From the NCBI GenBank assembly GCA_965649765.1, contig OZ287758.1, forward strand, positions 6,758,001 through 6,822,000: a DNA stretch of 64,000 bases. The letters run 5' to 3'. The notes beneath the pieces were generated by a model, which did not search any database, was not told where the DNA came from, and was given only the letters and a program-made list of their open reading frames with translations. Within the stretch, counting starts at the first letter, position 1. Every line of letters starts with the position of its first letter. Source of the stretch: Bispira polyomma. Taxonomy: Eukaryota. The translations under genes were made by a program, and so were the position numbers. Shown here piece after piece: positions 1-13,815 of this stretch.

Positions 1-134
1 ATGCAATTTTGTGAAGAGTTAGTTGCATGGGCCAAGGCATGGCATGGCATGGGTCAAATAATCCCAAGATTTGGGTGTATTCTTAATGTTGTTTTCACTT
101 TTTAACACTGCAGCACTTTGGCGGAGTTTAGCAT

Positions 135-365
135 GAATGAATAAATGAAATAGTACATTTGTTATAGCACACTCACAGAATACAGTGTCCTTCCAAATGT
201 GCTTCGCCATGGGCAGCCTTTATGGATGCCGAGGCTTGCTTAAGGGTGACAAATTATCAACATCCCAAAGGATGACAGAGGACCACCATTTTAATTGGTT
301 AACCAAGCCACTAGGCAAACTGGTGTTCACATCTTGCACAAGAATGTTATCCCACCAAATGAAAC
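135..365 (-). mobile_element. SINE family C, 5'-truncated copy
   Basis: Reverse-complement similarity to 15010-15265. Confidence 0.8.
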
Positions 366-1249
366 AAGTCCAATTTAAGATTTCATATACAGGAACATAA
401 TAAAAAGGAACATGAAAACCATTTACATTTTATTAATAGCATTCAGTGACCATACTCTGGTCTACTTAAACTATCTACGGAATTTACATACCATCACATA
501 AATTAATTTTTATGTTCATATAAACAAACATAAAAAGGAATATATCAAGATATTATTATGATATATTAATTCATTACAAATATTGTAGATATATTAGCAA
601 TATTTAGCATTCAGTCACCCTTCAATTGTTGGACATGATTACCAACAATAAAGCCAGTTAAGCTGCTTAATCACACATCTTAAGTAGATTAAACAAATCA
701 ACTTAGAGCTGTGTTTCTTATTCAATTTTGTTTATCAAAGGGTGATCATGCCTTCCAATTCTATCAAGGTGTCTTAAATTAATTTGTGAAAAGGCATAGT
801 GAAAGGATAAGTTTATTGTGAACTTACAGCAATTTAGGGCAGTTTTTAATAGAGAATTACAATCACAGAAACATACATTATAAATGTATTTAATGAAAGT
901 TTATCTTTAAAACGAGCAGTATATTTATAGAGTAAAGCATTTTTAGAACAGAAGCAACAATTGAATTGCTTGGTTGCAATTAAATCCTTATTTTTGTTTA
1001 GCTTTGTACACTATCTCATAATACATGTCTTGATTGACCTATCTAATATACCTATATTGGTGTATAGTATTATCACATGTTAAATTCAAGTAACTTTCTT
1101 AGTTGCAATCACCTTTGTATACAGGGGTAACTTAAAAAAATACCTAAGAATATCATATCTCTAGATATAATTGGTCCTTAACACATACATGATTTTTATT
1201 TTTTTTTTAATGATATACATATATGTACACAGACTTATATTTTAATTCC

Positions 1250-1385
1250 CCACCCTACCCAATACCCCCCCCACTACACCCTACCCCCCATAATCCTATT
1301 GTCACGGATTTGCTCCACCCTAACCTACCCAATACCCCCCACTACACCCTACCCACCCTGATCCTATTGTCACTGATTTGCTTCA
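1250..1385 (+). repeat. ~70-bp C-rich tandem duplication
   Basis: CCTACCCAATACCCCC..ACTACACCCTACCC..ATCCTATTGTCAC.GATTTGCT x2. Confidence 0.8.
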
Positions 1386-4300
1386 GGGGAGTCAGTATTT
1401 TGCAGAGGAGTCAGAATATATAGCAAGCCCCCTTGCAAAATACTGGCTCCCTAGTGACAAATATAGGGAGTCAGTATCTTGCGCTGCACCGGAATAGAAC
1501 CAGGGATTTTAACCAACACCCTAACCACTAGACCACGGGGGATCACATGGGAGGTATCACTCTCAACTAAGTTGCTAGTTAGATATATCTCTCTTTTGGT
1601 TTAGTAAGTAAGACAACATCATCAGTTTGTTATTTACAGTAGCTTTATCTTAGTCAGTTAGTTCTATCCGATGCTGTTGTTCTCATATAAACGATGCCAG
1701 GATGGTGTATTTAGAAAATCAATAGTTTTAATCATCTAGTAAATGCGATTTCCCCCATTCGAAAAGTGGACTTTGCACATCAGAAGTCGCCAATCACAGT
1801 AGCATACATGAAAACCAAAAAAAAAAGACAATTTATAAATCGTGCTTCCTTGTATGCAAATCACGCACATGAGAACGTAGGTTTAGACCTAAAGGTACAT
1901 ACTTGTAGGAGGTTATGCCTGTGCCCATTTATTCATTAATTTGTTTGTGGCTCACTAAAGTGGTGATCACACCATGACGGAAAACAGAGGCAGTTAGAGA
2001 TGCAGATTCCCTATGTTTAACTTCCATCCGGACTATCTACAGTCGTCCATGACCCAACACAGAACTACCGCCCGTTTCTGAGTATAGTGGATTCACGAAT
2101 GTATCTCTTCCGTCCTAATAATGAGCTGTTTCTGTCTGTTCCCGTCTGTAAAAACACAAATCTTGGCATATGTCATGGGTATATATTTTGGCCTAGGTGG
2201 AACAGTCGATTTAATAGGTGGAAAGACCAGCTATAGTAACTTCTGCTTACTTCTGATATATCTTCTGCCTACCATACCGCTGATAGGTGAACAGGCCTTA
2301 AAATTACACAACTAACTGAACCAAGTTACATGAAATCTAGTGGAGGGGTTTGGGAGGTATTATCTTAGGAAAGGAACCATGAAATTTTCGATTGTATCTC
2401 TTAATAGATAAATTTGTCTAGTATTAGTTTGTTGTCATTTTTTTTGGCACCTTGGCACAGGTATACACTACACAGAGTGTCATTATAGCTTAATATGGAC
2501 TAAAACCTATCTATATATATTTGGTTTAAACGAGTCAAAAAGCGAGCAATGTCGTATTTAACTTGACAACTTTTGTCTTAAAGTTATCTGGTGGCCAAAA
2601 AGGTACATACCGAAAAGATTAGGGTTTTTTTTGCTTTTGTGTGTCAGTGTTTTTGGTGGTTGGTTTTAGTGGACTTTTTGTGAATATTGCACCACCACCA
2701 ATTTACAGGAATATAAATAAATCTTATGTGAATGTTTTTACTTCTCTAGTACCACAATCGGTGAACAGGCGTCGAGTAGAATAGTCCGATAGGAGGAAAG
2801 GTTTACTTTTTTCGAACCTTTCTATCTATGTCCAAAGACTATTCCATTCAGCAGGTGCTGCAACTTTAAATTATTTTGAATATGCTAGAATTTTTTAGAT
2901 AAGAAGTCACAGAGGTGGAGAGACGATTTACTCTGTCTGGTGAGATTGCAGATAGACAACATAGATCATCAGTAGGCTGGCTGATGAACATAGACTATCT
3001 TCAAAAAAATAGGACATTTAAATAGAGGGATGGTTTACAGGACAAGAAAGTAGCCATTAAAATTTTAGTCTAAATATGAAACTGATTAAACACCCCCCCC
3101 ATTTGCCTGGAACCCCAAAGGAGCTGGGTTCAATCCCCAACTTAGGAAGCTCCTATGTCAGACAGATATACACATACCTACTATATGAAAAACACTATTT
3201 TTTTTCACTGTTAAACACATAAGAAGCACTGTAGTCATATTTCATTACCAATGGCACCCAATAGAGCACATACCTGCGCCTGAAGAGATTGGTTTTTGAG
3301 GATGACACCATGTGTATATGTTATATATATCAACATTCTAAAGATTCTGTAGCATGACCACTGGGGACAGGGCCCTGATAATGAGAGTAGAAAACATCAC
3401 GACACCCTAACATCATGGATCCTTACTGCCTTGGCTATGCTTCTTTTTACTTCTCTGTTGGTTAAATAATTCTGTTGTCATGGTTTAGAAGATGCCTTGC
3501 ACCAACAAGGCATGTAAGAAATGCATAACATAATAAAACACAATTTTAGATGGAGATACAAATCATCCTTGCACTTGGCAACCCTTAAACTGGGATTTGA
3601 ACCTATGGTATTCTGCATTCCTACTTGAGCGTGCTATCCACTGAGCCACAGTGGCAATAAAAGATAAATAAAGGGTCAACAAAGGTTAAATTGTATTATT
3701 ATTATTATCTGTTGTGCAATAACTAGCAATATCTATATACTCTTAATAATTCACTATCATCACCACATTCTCCAAAATTAGCCAACTATCTGCTCTGACT
3801 AAACAGACAAATCAACTAGTAAATACTGCATGATAATAAGAAAAGGGGTTACAAGATTGGGAAAAAGATCTGTATATAAATCAGCACACTGTGTATTGTA
3901 TGCAGTATCTTTTTACTGCAACCAACACATAGAAAGTGTGAACACAAGTTATCTGGGCTGGTAATCCCTTATTATCGCCCATATCAGTGGGCTGTGACAG
4001 ATAGGAAAACCTGGGGTGGAGGCGGTGGGGGGGGGGGAGCTATCTACAATAATTGTAAGCTGATGTTTCCATGTACCAGACAGTCGAGTGTCAACGGATG
4101 GTCGATGTGGCGCAAAATAGTAACTATACTATATGGTGCCAAATATTGACACCACTCCTAAAATTATTTGTCAATAAATGTTAAACATTTACTGTTTCAA
4201 TTAGGTTGATCCAGTGACTCTCCTGCCCAATACTGATTCACTTGTTTTACAGTTTACACATAGCTGTTTGATTATCTGTAAAGTGTTTTTTTTTAATTAT

Positions 4301-4435
4301 GATGATTATAGCGGCAGGTGATTTTACTGTTTTTTCCATATATTGTCAATTTGATAGGCATATTTTATGATATTAAAACTCATGGAAAACCAGGATTTTA
4401 GGAAAACTATGAATTTCATAGAGTGTGTTTTACAT

Positions 4436-4668
4436 GAGAATCTGAGGGTCCTGGTTCGATCCTCGCTGCAGGCATGGAGATTGGATCCTTGGACAAGGCA
4501 CTTCAAACAAAGTCGTCCCTCTCTATCCGGGTGTATAAATAAGTGCTTCCTGAGGGAGCTGAGACTGAACAATTGGTTGACAAATGAAAGAACCTAGGCT
4601 GATGGGTGTAAACTGTAACAATGCCTGAGACCTCAATAATATCAGACTATAAACCTACACCCACATTT
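4436..4668 (+). mobile_element. tRNA-derived CORE-like SINE (family A), internally deleted
   Basis: B-box GGTTCGATCC; CCTTGGACAAGGCACTT..CCCTCTCTATCCGGGTGTATAAAT core; shared 3' part with other copies. Confidence 0.8.
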
Positions 4669-5481
4669 ACAGGGCGACAGCCAGCAATGACCAATATTTC
4701 TCGTTCCTAGTAGCAAAACAAAATCAACCAGTATCCAGCTGCAGACCATCGACATCTGTATTGTATTAAATACTTTAACGCACTTTGGTAATGCGAAGCA
4801 TCCTCTAAAGCACAGTAGGCAAATGGTGTGACCACATCTTGCTGAAGGATATAATATCCTACTAATGAACCCGGCAACATTTGCAGGAGTCGAACCAGTG
4901 ACCTTGCGATCACCAGCTCACCAATTTCACTGATCACTAGGGGTTTGAACCAGGGACCTTCTGCTCACCAGACCTTAAACTCACTTAAACAATAGGCCAC
5001 TGGTAAAACCACATGGAAACATGTGTAAGATACATTAAATATAAGAAGTGATCAAATCAGTATCGGTCATCGGCGGTCGGTTAACATGTATATATGGAGG
5101 CTTGTTATCACCCATATCACTCAGTTGTGACAGATTAAAGAAGAACCAAGTGGGGGTGAGGGGGGGATCTAATCTACAATCTACAACTACTGTAACAGTA
5201 CACCACATTTGTTCACATCTCAATCTATGAATCAAGCCTCTCTCCCCCCCCCCCCCCCTGCCATTTATACCCCCCCCCCCTCAATTTCTTCCTTGCAGAA
5301 GTAAACAAAGAGAAAACAACGGATGTTGCAAATAATTAGAAGTACATGTATTATACATTGTGTTGAATAGGAAAGTAGGGACGTGGTTATCAAGATACCT
5401 GAAGAGATTGCCGATAATGGAGGAAGCTGGTCTTTGCCTTCTCTGTGTATTTTTTTGGGTTAAAGGAAGACATACTTTTTA

Positions 5482-5695
5482 TTTTATCAGGCCCAGACGG
5501 ATATTGATTTCGTTCTGAAAAGGGCTCCGCCATCTTAGAAATAATATGTAAGGCCTTCATGGATTGGTTGAAAGAGATTGACCCGTCCAAATTGAGGGGG
5601 TGTCAGAATTGTCTGAGTATAATATAGTGGCAATATCAACGTTAGTGTATTTCACACTGTGTGCCTGGGGTTTTCTAAAATATGAGTCTTGTTTC
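5482..5695 (+). mobile_element. DINE-1/HINE-like (Helentron-associated) short element, copy 1
   Basis: Starts TTTTATCAGGC, ends CTTGTTT; five copies in the window. Confidence 0.6.
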
Positions 5696-5952
5696 TTCCA
5701 CAGAAAGGGATGTGTACATAACTTCATGTTTGAAAACGTTACAATATGAAGTACTGCGTAAGTGCAAATGTTTCAATAAAAAAAAAAATCAACCTTATGT
5801 GGGGTTCACACTATCATGATATGGAGAGGCGGTAAGAAACCTTATGAAAACCCTGTCCATAACTTCCATTAATTTTAGTTGGCTTCCCAAACCTTTTCCA
5901 GTCTGTGGTCGCGGCAGACAGAAGTTTTGGGCATGGTGTAAATAATATAAAT

Positions 5953-6273
5953 GCCAGGTTTATAATCTGATATCACCTCTGTTGAGGTCTCAGCCGACTT
6001 TACAGTTTACACCCCGCAGCCTGGGTTCTTTCACTTGTCAACCAATTGTTCAGTCTCAGCTCCCTCAGCAAGCATACTAGTCGTGCTGCCACATGCGGCG
6101 AACAAAGACTAACACCCATTAGCGGGACCAGGTACCTCTCTGGGTAGAGAGGGACAACTTTGTGTAAAGCAACTTGTCCAAGGGTACAATCTCCAGGCCT
6201 GCACGGGAGGATCAAACCCTGGCTCTCAAGATATCTGAGATCCAACGACCGACACTCTCACTATTAGGCCACA
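5953..6273 (-). mobile_element. CORE-like SINE family A, near full length
   Basis: Reverse-complement match to the other copies, including the tRNA head TGGCCTAATAG. Confidence 0.85.
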
Positions 6274-9200
6274 GATAATGGTGAAAAAATGTTTGATTCA
6301 ACAATGTGGAAAAAAGTTAGAAAAATCTGAGTATTTTCTCGTATTACCGAATCACTAGTGTAACTATTTCCATTATATTTACAATTCTTGGTAATCATCA
6401 TTTACTATACTATACAATCCTTACTCAACAGGCAGACTAAAATCGGGAAACAATTTTTTCGCCACTGTACCGGGTATTTCCGAGGTTTCTGCAAGTGTTT
6501 CTCTTAAAATTACACGTTTTGGTAATCACCATTTACTATATAACAAAAAATAATCCTTTTTTTTTTTGCAAGATTACTCTGTCCAGCCATTTTATACCTA
6601 TATATGTATCTATCTCTCCGGAAGTAAAATAATTAATTACAGCACAAAAACCTGTGAGTAAATTGTCGTCTGGTAAGCCACCATTTTTTTATGTTAGACA
6701 TGTGACGCAAAACGTGACGTCGGCACTTTTTTTAGCGCGGGGTGGGGGGGTGGGGAGAAAGACGTTGAAAGCTCGAACAATCTATTATTGCTGCAAAAAC
6801 AATTAGTGTTTTGTTTATCTATGTATTTATATTGGATGAGAGGGGCGAGGGGTGGGGGGGAGTGGTACTTCCTGATGGGTTTTTTTTCTTTCTCAGATAT
6901 CCCTCAGCCAAACTTAATCTGTACACTACATACATAGACTGACGGATGGACAGTTTAGGTAGAAGATTTGTTTCTCAATCCAGGAGATAATTTGCTTTCG
7001 TTTCTTTTGTATCCTGATCTATATATCTATATAAATCCGGGCCAGAACAATATTGTTGTATATGTAAGCCCTCCGTTTCCATTTAGCCGACAAGCGACTG
7101 CCGATGGCCAATTTTAGAACTTCTTAAGGCCTTTAAAAGACCGTGCAGTACAGCGGACGACACAATACGGAATGACGTGTACTACGTACATCCAACACGA
7201 CATGACAATATCAAAAAGAAATAAGCCCAATACAGATGGAGTACACAATGTATTTTTTTAAATGTATTATTCTTAAATATTTCTTGGTTATATTTTGTAT
7301 TGTATTTTTCTATATTTAATGCACTTTTTTTGTGACAGGCACCGTCAAGGATAACCAGGGGACCTTCTGATCACCAGACCGACTCCTATAACTGGAAATC
7401 TAACTGGGGACTTTCTGATCACCATAACAACTCCTATAAGTTGGAGTCAAACTGGGAACATTCTGATCATCAGAGAAACTCCCTAACCACTAGATCCACG
7501 AAAGACCAATATTATACTAGAAATTCCAACGCTTCGTACAGACCCTCATAGGTGTGGATGGTGTTAATTGATTTTGCGACACTTGATTTTGTCACAGGGC
7601 CATTTTTGTTGCCACAGGGCAAACCAAAATGTGTGTGGCAAATTGAATACCATAGACATATGGATCTGGGTAGGGCAATCTCCCACCAAGTGGGTAGTTC
7701 TTGGTGAGGCTACTGCTATTGGGTAGCTCCCACCCCACCGCTACCTAGAGAACATCCCAGCCATCCACCCGGCCACCCTCTAGGTAGGTGATAGATGGAC
7801 CCACCCACCCATTCCAGTCAGTTATAATAATTGCACAGGTACAATCTTTTAAAAACTGATATACACCCACAACAGTGACCACAAAATATTGAATATCAAT
7901 TTTTTTGTATATATATAAATACGTTAATCTTGCAAAAGGCATATGTGAATTAAAACAGATTTGGAACCAGAAACTTTTATAGGCATCAATTTTGCCAACT
8001 TTAATAAGTAGCAGAATTTGCCAACAATATTTTACACACATATATTGTTATATAAAAATGGAATTAAAAAAATTATTATTACCTTTTTAATACAAAACTT
8101 TTTTGGAGCCAGTTGCAAGTTTGATGTACCTCTCCAGTCTCATGTGGCCTAGCTGTTAGGAAACTACTCTGATGACCAGAAATTCCCAGGTTCCAGTCTT
8201 AGTTAGAGAGTTGTGTCTGGGTGATCAGAAGGGTATACCTCCCTGGTAATATGTTTAAGAAATCAAATATTCAGAATAAACAGAAGTTTGAATAATAGAT
8301 ACATAAAAACTTAATATATAAAACATGATAACTAAACACTATTTCCTAATGGCCCTCCCCGCCTCTACCCCCCCTCCCTGCTCCGACCCCCCCACGAAGA
8401 AACTGCCTATGCCTCAAACTTACATACCAGATCTCATTTAACCTTCCTACACTCCTTCCTCACAACCTCCCCCACCGCCCACCCTAGTGGGGATTTGATT
8501 AAAACACAAGGTCTATCCCCCAAGAGAATGGATTAACAATCTGGCATGCTATCCCTCTCCCGGAGTGAGAGGTTGGAGGGATTAAATTGAAAGGGGAAGG
8601 GGAGGGAGGGAGATTTATGGGCTAATATCCCTGCCTGCTTCTTTTTGGCAGGGCTGGTGGGAGGGGGATATTATCTGTCATATAATGGCTACCCAACCTA
8701 CATGCAAAGTTAACATGACGTCTAGGGATACAGTCCGAATACTGTTATTTATACATGTTGGAAGTCCAATCTAGGATTTTGCCTATCTTATTTAGCTATA
8801 GGTCTCATTTTCACAAATGGCCGTTATATGAACGCACCACGAATTTGTTCGTATGGATCAGTGACTATACGTTTCAACTTCGATCTAGGTACGCCTACAT
8901 TGGGAGTGCTTCTGAACTCTTCGTTGAATTCCATGAGCATTAGTCACACCGCCACCTAAGTTTTAAAATGTTTAAAACATAAGTAGATGGCAGAAAGTTT
9001 GTTCGAGGAGGTTTTTGTAGGGGGTATGGTCCAGTGGATTCGTATATGTGTACAGAGATGAGTTGTATAACGTTTATAAGGTAGCAAACAAAATTGCACA
9101 AAATTGTATATTGTACAGCGAAAAAATGGTACTTGCGGAGATGTGGACAGAGTCTGATAATACTCTTGGTTAGTCCACACAATAACTTACGTTCTCCATT

Positions 9201-9929
9201 GGGCAATGAAAAAAAACAACAGTTTTTAGGCACAATTAATCTTAGATTTGAAAAGCTTATTGCCTTCTAGAATCATGTTTATTGTGGCAAACTTGATTTT
9301 TTTTTTATCTGGAACTAAATGTCGCTACAAGTTTCACATTTTGTCTTGCTTGTTTATCCCCCTCAAACCCATAGCTAATTGACACACCCCCCCCCCCCCC
9401 CCCCCCGTAACTTCCAGATAAACTGCTTTCTATCGTTTCTTTTTGACACGGACATATTCATATTATTATGATATTACAGCTCTATTACAACAACAAAAAT
9501 GGTTGTTTACCATTACAAAGTACAAATACAATGTATTTAGCAACTTTGATAGCAGATTACTGACATTACCCTAAACTATGTGGTGGAACTGCAGCATCCT
9601 AAGGTTCATTTTAGCCAGTACAGTGAGTAGTTCCTGTTCACAGTACATTTGTTTCAGAGAATACAGGAAATCTCTTAACACTGGGGTAAATACTTCCTTT
9701 TGAAATGCAATAGAACTCGTATATTTACGATATCCAATAAGTGATGATTCGTCTCATTTGTCAGTACATATAGCCTAAAAGGACATTATTTTTAAAGATA
9801 TTAATCTCTAAATCTGCACTTTTGGCAAATATAGTCTTGTCTTTTTACGTCCCTTAGAAATTTGAACGTTGTGTCACATATTCAACAAAGAGATGGTTAA
9901 TAGATTAAAAAAATTATTTCCTCCTATTC

Positions 9930-10981
9930 TTCTCTGAAGTATCACTTCTATGCATATGATACACAGATTTACGTGCACCTTACTCCTAACACATCAATCG
10001 GTGCCTTGGAAGTCCTTCAGAAATGCTTAGCAGATGTTCAAAATTGGATGGCACTAAATAAGCTCAAGCTGAATCCTGCTAAAACTGAATTCATATTGTT
10101 TGGGTCGGGCACTCAATGTGCTGAACTGTAAAATTCTTTTCCTGCAAACATTCTTGGAACACTGTTATCCCCAACTGATAAAGTGAGGAACCTGCAAGTT
10201 TTGTTTGATAGTGATTTTTCATTTTCCAGTTATATCCAATCAGTGTGTAAGTCATGCTTCATGGGTCTCAGAGACCTCAGGAGAATCAGGAGGTACCTTC
10301 CAAAATCGGTTGCAATAACTGCAGTAAATGCTCTGGTTGGTAGCAGACTGGACTACTGCTATTCACTGTATCGCAGCTTGACCAAAAAGGATCTAAAGAA
10401 ATTGCAATGCATCCAGAACTCATTGGCACGTCTGGTCAGTTGTTCTGCTCAGCTTTTAAATGCTTCACCGATTCTGAAGTCACTCCACTGGCTCCCTGTT
10501 AGGTATCGGTGTGTTTTTAAAACTGCTACAATAGTATATAAGTTTCTTGATTCAGGTTTGCCTAAATACTTTGAACCACACTTGAGTTACTACAAGTGCA
10601 ATGTCAACACCAGGAGAGCCGCTCCCAAAAATAGATTCCTTCTTGTTCCAAAATATAAGTCCAAAGTACACAGGTCAAAGGTTCACTTTGATAAAAGTTT
10701 TGCAAATGATGCCCCTACCCTATGGAATAGTTTGCCCCAACACATTAGGACAGCTCCGTCCCTGTATTCTTTCCGGCGCAGTTTAAAGACCTATCTGTTC
10801 AATGATGTAATCCCTCCATAGTCTCTTTCCCATTCTCAGTGGACGCATTGATGACAACTTCCTTCTGTCTATCACCTGTGTTTTTTGACTCTGGCTGTGG
10901 TTTTTTTGCGCCTTAGAATTCGTTACAACGAAAATAAGCGCTAAAAAAGTCTGATATATTATTATTAGTATTATTATTACT
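9930..10981 (+). mobile_element. 5'-truncated L2/CR1-group LINE (RT C-terminal half, 3'UTR, (TAT)n tail)
   Basis: Frame reads HFYAYDTQIY (degenerate YADD), WMALNKLKLNPAKTEF, SRLDYC, LHWLPV, APTLWNSLP, FRRSLKTYLF; in-frame stop at 10129; GCGCCTTAGAA..AAGCGCT tail followed by (TAT)n. Confidence 0.92.
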
Positions 10982-11045
10982 AAAGTTGCTTTAAGTAGTG
11001 CAGAGGTTACAGTGTATGGCATATTATAACTCACACATATTCAAT

Positions 11046-11290
11046 AGGCCTAGTGGTTACCAAGCATTGCGCTTCACAATCACTGGTCTCTCACCTCTGG
11101 GCGGCGTGAGTTCGAATCCCGTCGATGCCTATGTGGGAAAGGTGGTAGTTCCTTACTGTGGGCCGCTGGTTACAGTGCAGAACCTTGATCAACTGTATGC
11201 AGTGTTTCCTCCAGCGTTTTCCAACTACCCGTCCCAACATAACCTAAACAGGTACTAGAGTGGACGTTTAATATCCAAATAAAAAAAAAA
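11046..11290 (+). mobile_element. tRNA-derived SINE family B (V-SINE-like), full length
   Basis: GGCCTAGTGG A-box, GAGTTCGAATCC B-box, TTTCCTCCA motif, A-rich tail; close copy at 17517-17775. Confidence 0.85.
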
Positions 11291-12844
11291 ATTTTAAAAA
11301 ACCACAGATATTCAATAAAACTGAACACAGGCTACTTAGTAGGATTGGGCTGAATGGAAATGTCTCAATAGACTAAGCGTTAAGATCCGGTGTTGGCCGC
11401 TCAAAAGTGACACTTACGAAATGGTGATACCTAAACACCCAAAGATTTGACATGGAACACTGTTGGAGCAAAATGCCAAGCTGAAGAACTTGCACAATAC
11501 AATAACAGAGCTGAAGACTGTGTTCAGCTATATGGCTGAAACACAACATATAGCTTGTGTGTGTGTGTGTGTGTGGACACAATAAGAAAAAAGAAAAGAC
11601 TTAGTAGGGCGCATACCTCTGCTAAACCACGTACAACAATGAGAAGCAGATTAATGGATTCGAGCAATAACATATCATTTGTAACCCTTCTGACGTCATT
11701 GGTTACTAATCTAGGTATGGTTATATTGTCACCGGAATATAGCATCCGACAACACTTAATACTCACAGAACCTATATGAGCAGTTTACACCCCTAAATTT
11801 ATTATTTACTTTTTTTTTTTGTTTCAGTTCCTCTTAATAGGAAATTGTTAGACTTATGTGAGGCCGTTAACGACTGCTGAAAGTAGTCTGTGGTGTGTGT
11901 TTTAGTGACTCCAGCTATCTGTAACCTAAAATCCGAAAAAAATCCTTAACTGCTGGGCAAAAAATTTCTTTTTCTGGGTTGTTACTAGAACTATTTTGAA
12001 ATACTATAAAAAAAATTATGAAGTTGATCACATCACTGCTACTTCGTGTCAATTTTATGGATTTTAAATTTAAAAAAATTATAAATTAGTCCAATATAAA
12101 TAAACTAAATATTTCATACCTTTAGCAGTAAGTAACTTGCTTTAAGGCCAAAATTTGTTACATTTTTACATTTGATTTGAAACCAATTCAATATATGTAA
12201 CAATTTAACTTATCATCAACTACCAGTTATAAGTAACCATTATTTTTCACAGGTTTTCTGAAAATCAGAATTAAATATATGTACATATACAGATAGAAGT
12301 TGGATCCCAATTTAGGATTTCGCCAATCTTGTACATACAAAATTCTTAAGTCGAGCTGGCCAATATCTACTTAAGATGGGCTAGTTTTGTTGGTCAATCA
12401 TAAGAACAGATTGTATTTGAATTTTGTTTGGTTTTACGTCACTTGCAAGTACCTGACAAACTTTCCCACATAAAGGAAGGAAATAAACAAGATTCAAACC
12501 CACATAGGTGAGAGTGGCCAGTGAATATTAGCAAGCGATTCTAACCACTGGGTCACCTCGGCCCCTTTAAACCAAGAATAAAAAAAAACTGTGCATTTTA
12601 GAATAATTCAGTTGTCCACCCTTTTTAACAATATTATTTAAACTGTGCACTGGCGCCTTCTAGGGAGGTTAATATAGCAATAGTTTTATTTTGATCCAGA
12701 TTCACAGTTAAAGCTTTACCCCAAGAAATCAACCTATCTGGATGGGAAGTGCTTGTATAATACATGTGTGCAGATGAGAAGCTTATACCATCCTACCATT
12801 ACATAGCTCCCCTCTCGTCCCCCTCCCCCCTCCTTCCCCTACAC

Positions 12845-13350
12845 CTCCTCGCAAATAGCTCCCGTTTGATCCGGCCGACCTCTCGCACTCAATCACGTGT
12901 TCACAGCGTGTGACGACACTCATTACTACGTCATCAGTCAGTGTGTGTGTTATTATATATCGACGAGGAGGTGAGGGAAACCCGAGACGGGAATTAATGA
13001 GCCGGCAACGCGCCGAGCATTAAACGAAACAAACGAAAATACCGCTTTCTGGGTCAAAAGGTGGGGGGGGGGGGGGGGGTTCTTTCTGGGTCAAAGGTCA
13101 TATCCGCTCAAATGACCAAGGGAGCACGTTTGTTTTAGTTTACACTTTGAAGCATGTGATGGTATTTCAACAGTACAGCCAATTTATATTGCCGAAAAAA
13201 ATACCATCAGAGAAAAACAGGAATTATGGCAAACTATAAAAGCGTGTGTGCTTGTTTGTTTTTTATTTCACACCCTCGCGCCATTGCCTCTGAGGTAATT
13301 GGGATAGATTAGCCAGACGACATTTGAGCTGGGCCTGAAATATATCCCCT
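12845..13350. promoter_or_regulatory. Candidate downstream enhancer (CpG-rich island with DR1, Fox, E-box motifs)
   Basis: Perfect DR1 GGGTCAAAGGTCA at 13088-13100, CACGTG ~12894, several TGTTT(G/A) Fox-like sites, high CpG density. Confidence 0.35.
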
Positions 13351-13504
13351 TTTTCGCCCAGTAAATAAATTTGGAAAATGGGAGGCTGGGTTGAGGGGGG
13401 GGGAGGGGGGATTCTTTTTGAAACTTAATATAGTTCTGCTCGATTTCAAACCCAGCACATAACTCTTTGGGGATTTGTTATAATGAATGGTCCTTTCATT
13501 TTTT

Positions 13505-13815
13505 TTTATCAGGCGCTGCCATATAAAAAATGAAAAAGGGCGTCACCGTGTTGATAATATGTAAGGCCTTCAAAGATTAGTTGGAAGCTATGGACCCAGA
13601 CAAACTGGGGGGGGGGGGGGGGGGATGTCAGAAGAAAACTATCAGGCGTGGGCTTTTATTGTTATAAAAAGACCGGAAGTGCACATCGAACGCAGTACCC
13701 ATACTCTATCTGGGAGAATAAAGTAGTATGCTCTCTCAGACTTTATTTCTCCAGTGGCCAATATATCAATGTCATATCAACGCCTATGTCTATTTTAAAA
13801 AGACAACTCTTGTTT
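13505..13815 (+). mobile_element. HINE-like element copy 2
   Basis: TTTTATCAGGCGC...GTCTATTTTAAAAAGACAACTCTTGTTT. Confidence 0.6.

Noticed and set aside
1960-2870. Coding-looking patches on the minus strand
   Set aside because: Short frames with stops; no recognisable domain
8802-8960. Possible + strand exon GLIFTNGRYMNAPRICSYGSVTIRFNFDLG
   Set aside because: Plausible splice sites but no recognisable homology and no partner exons
11046-11125. tRNA genes (also at 14930, 31360, 32700, 32780, 63440)
   Set aside because: A/B boxes belong to SINE heads; no complete cloverleaf, and most continue into SINE bodies
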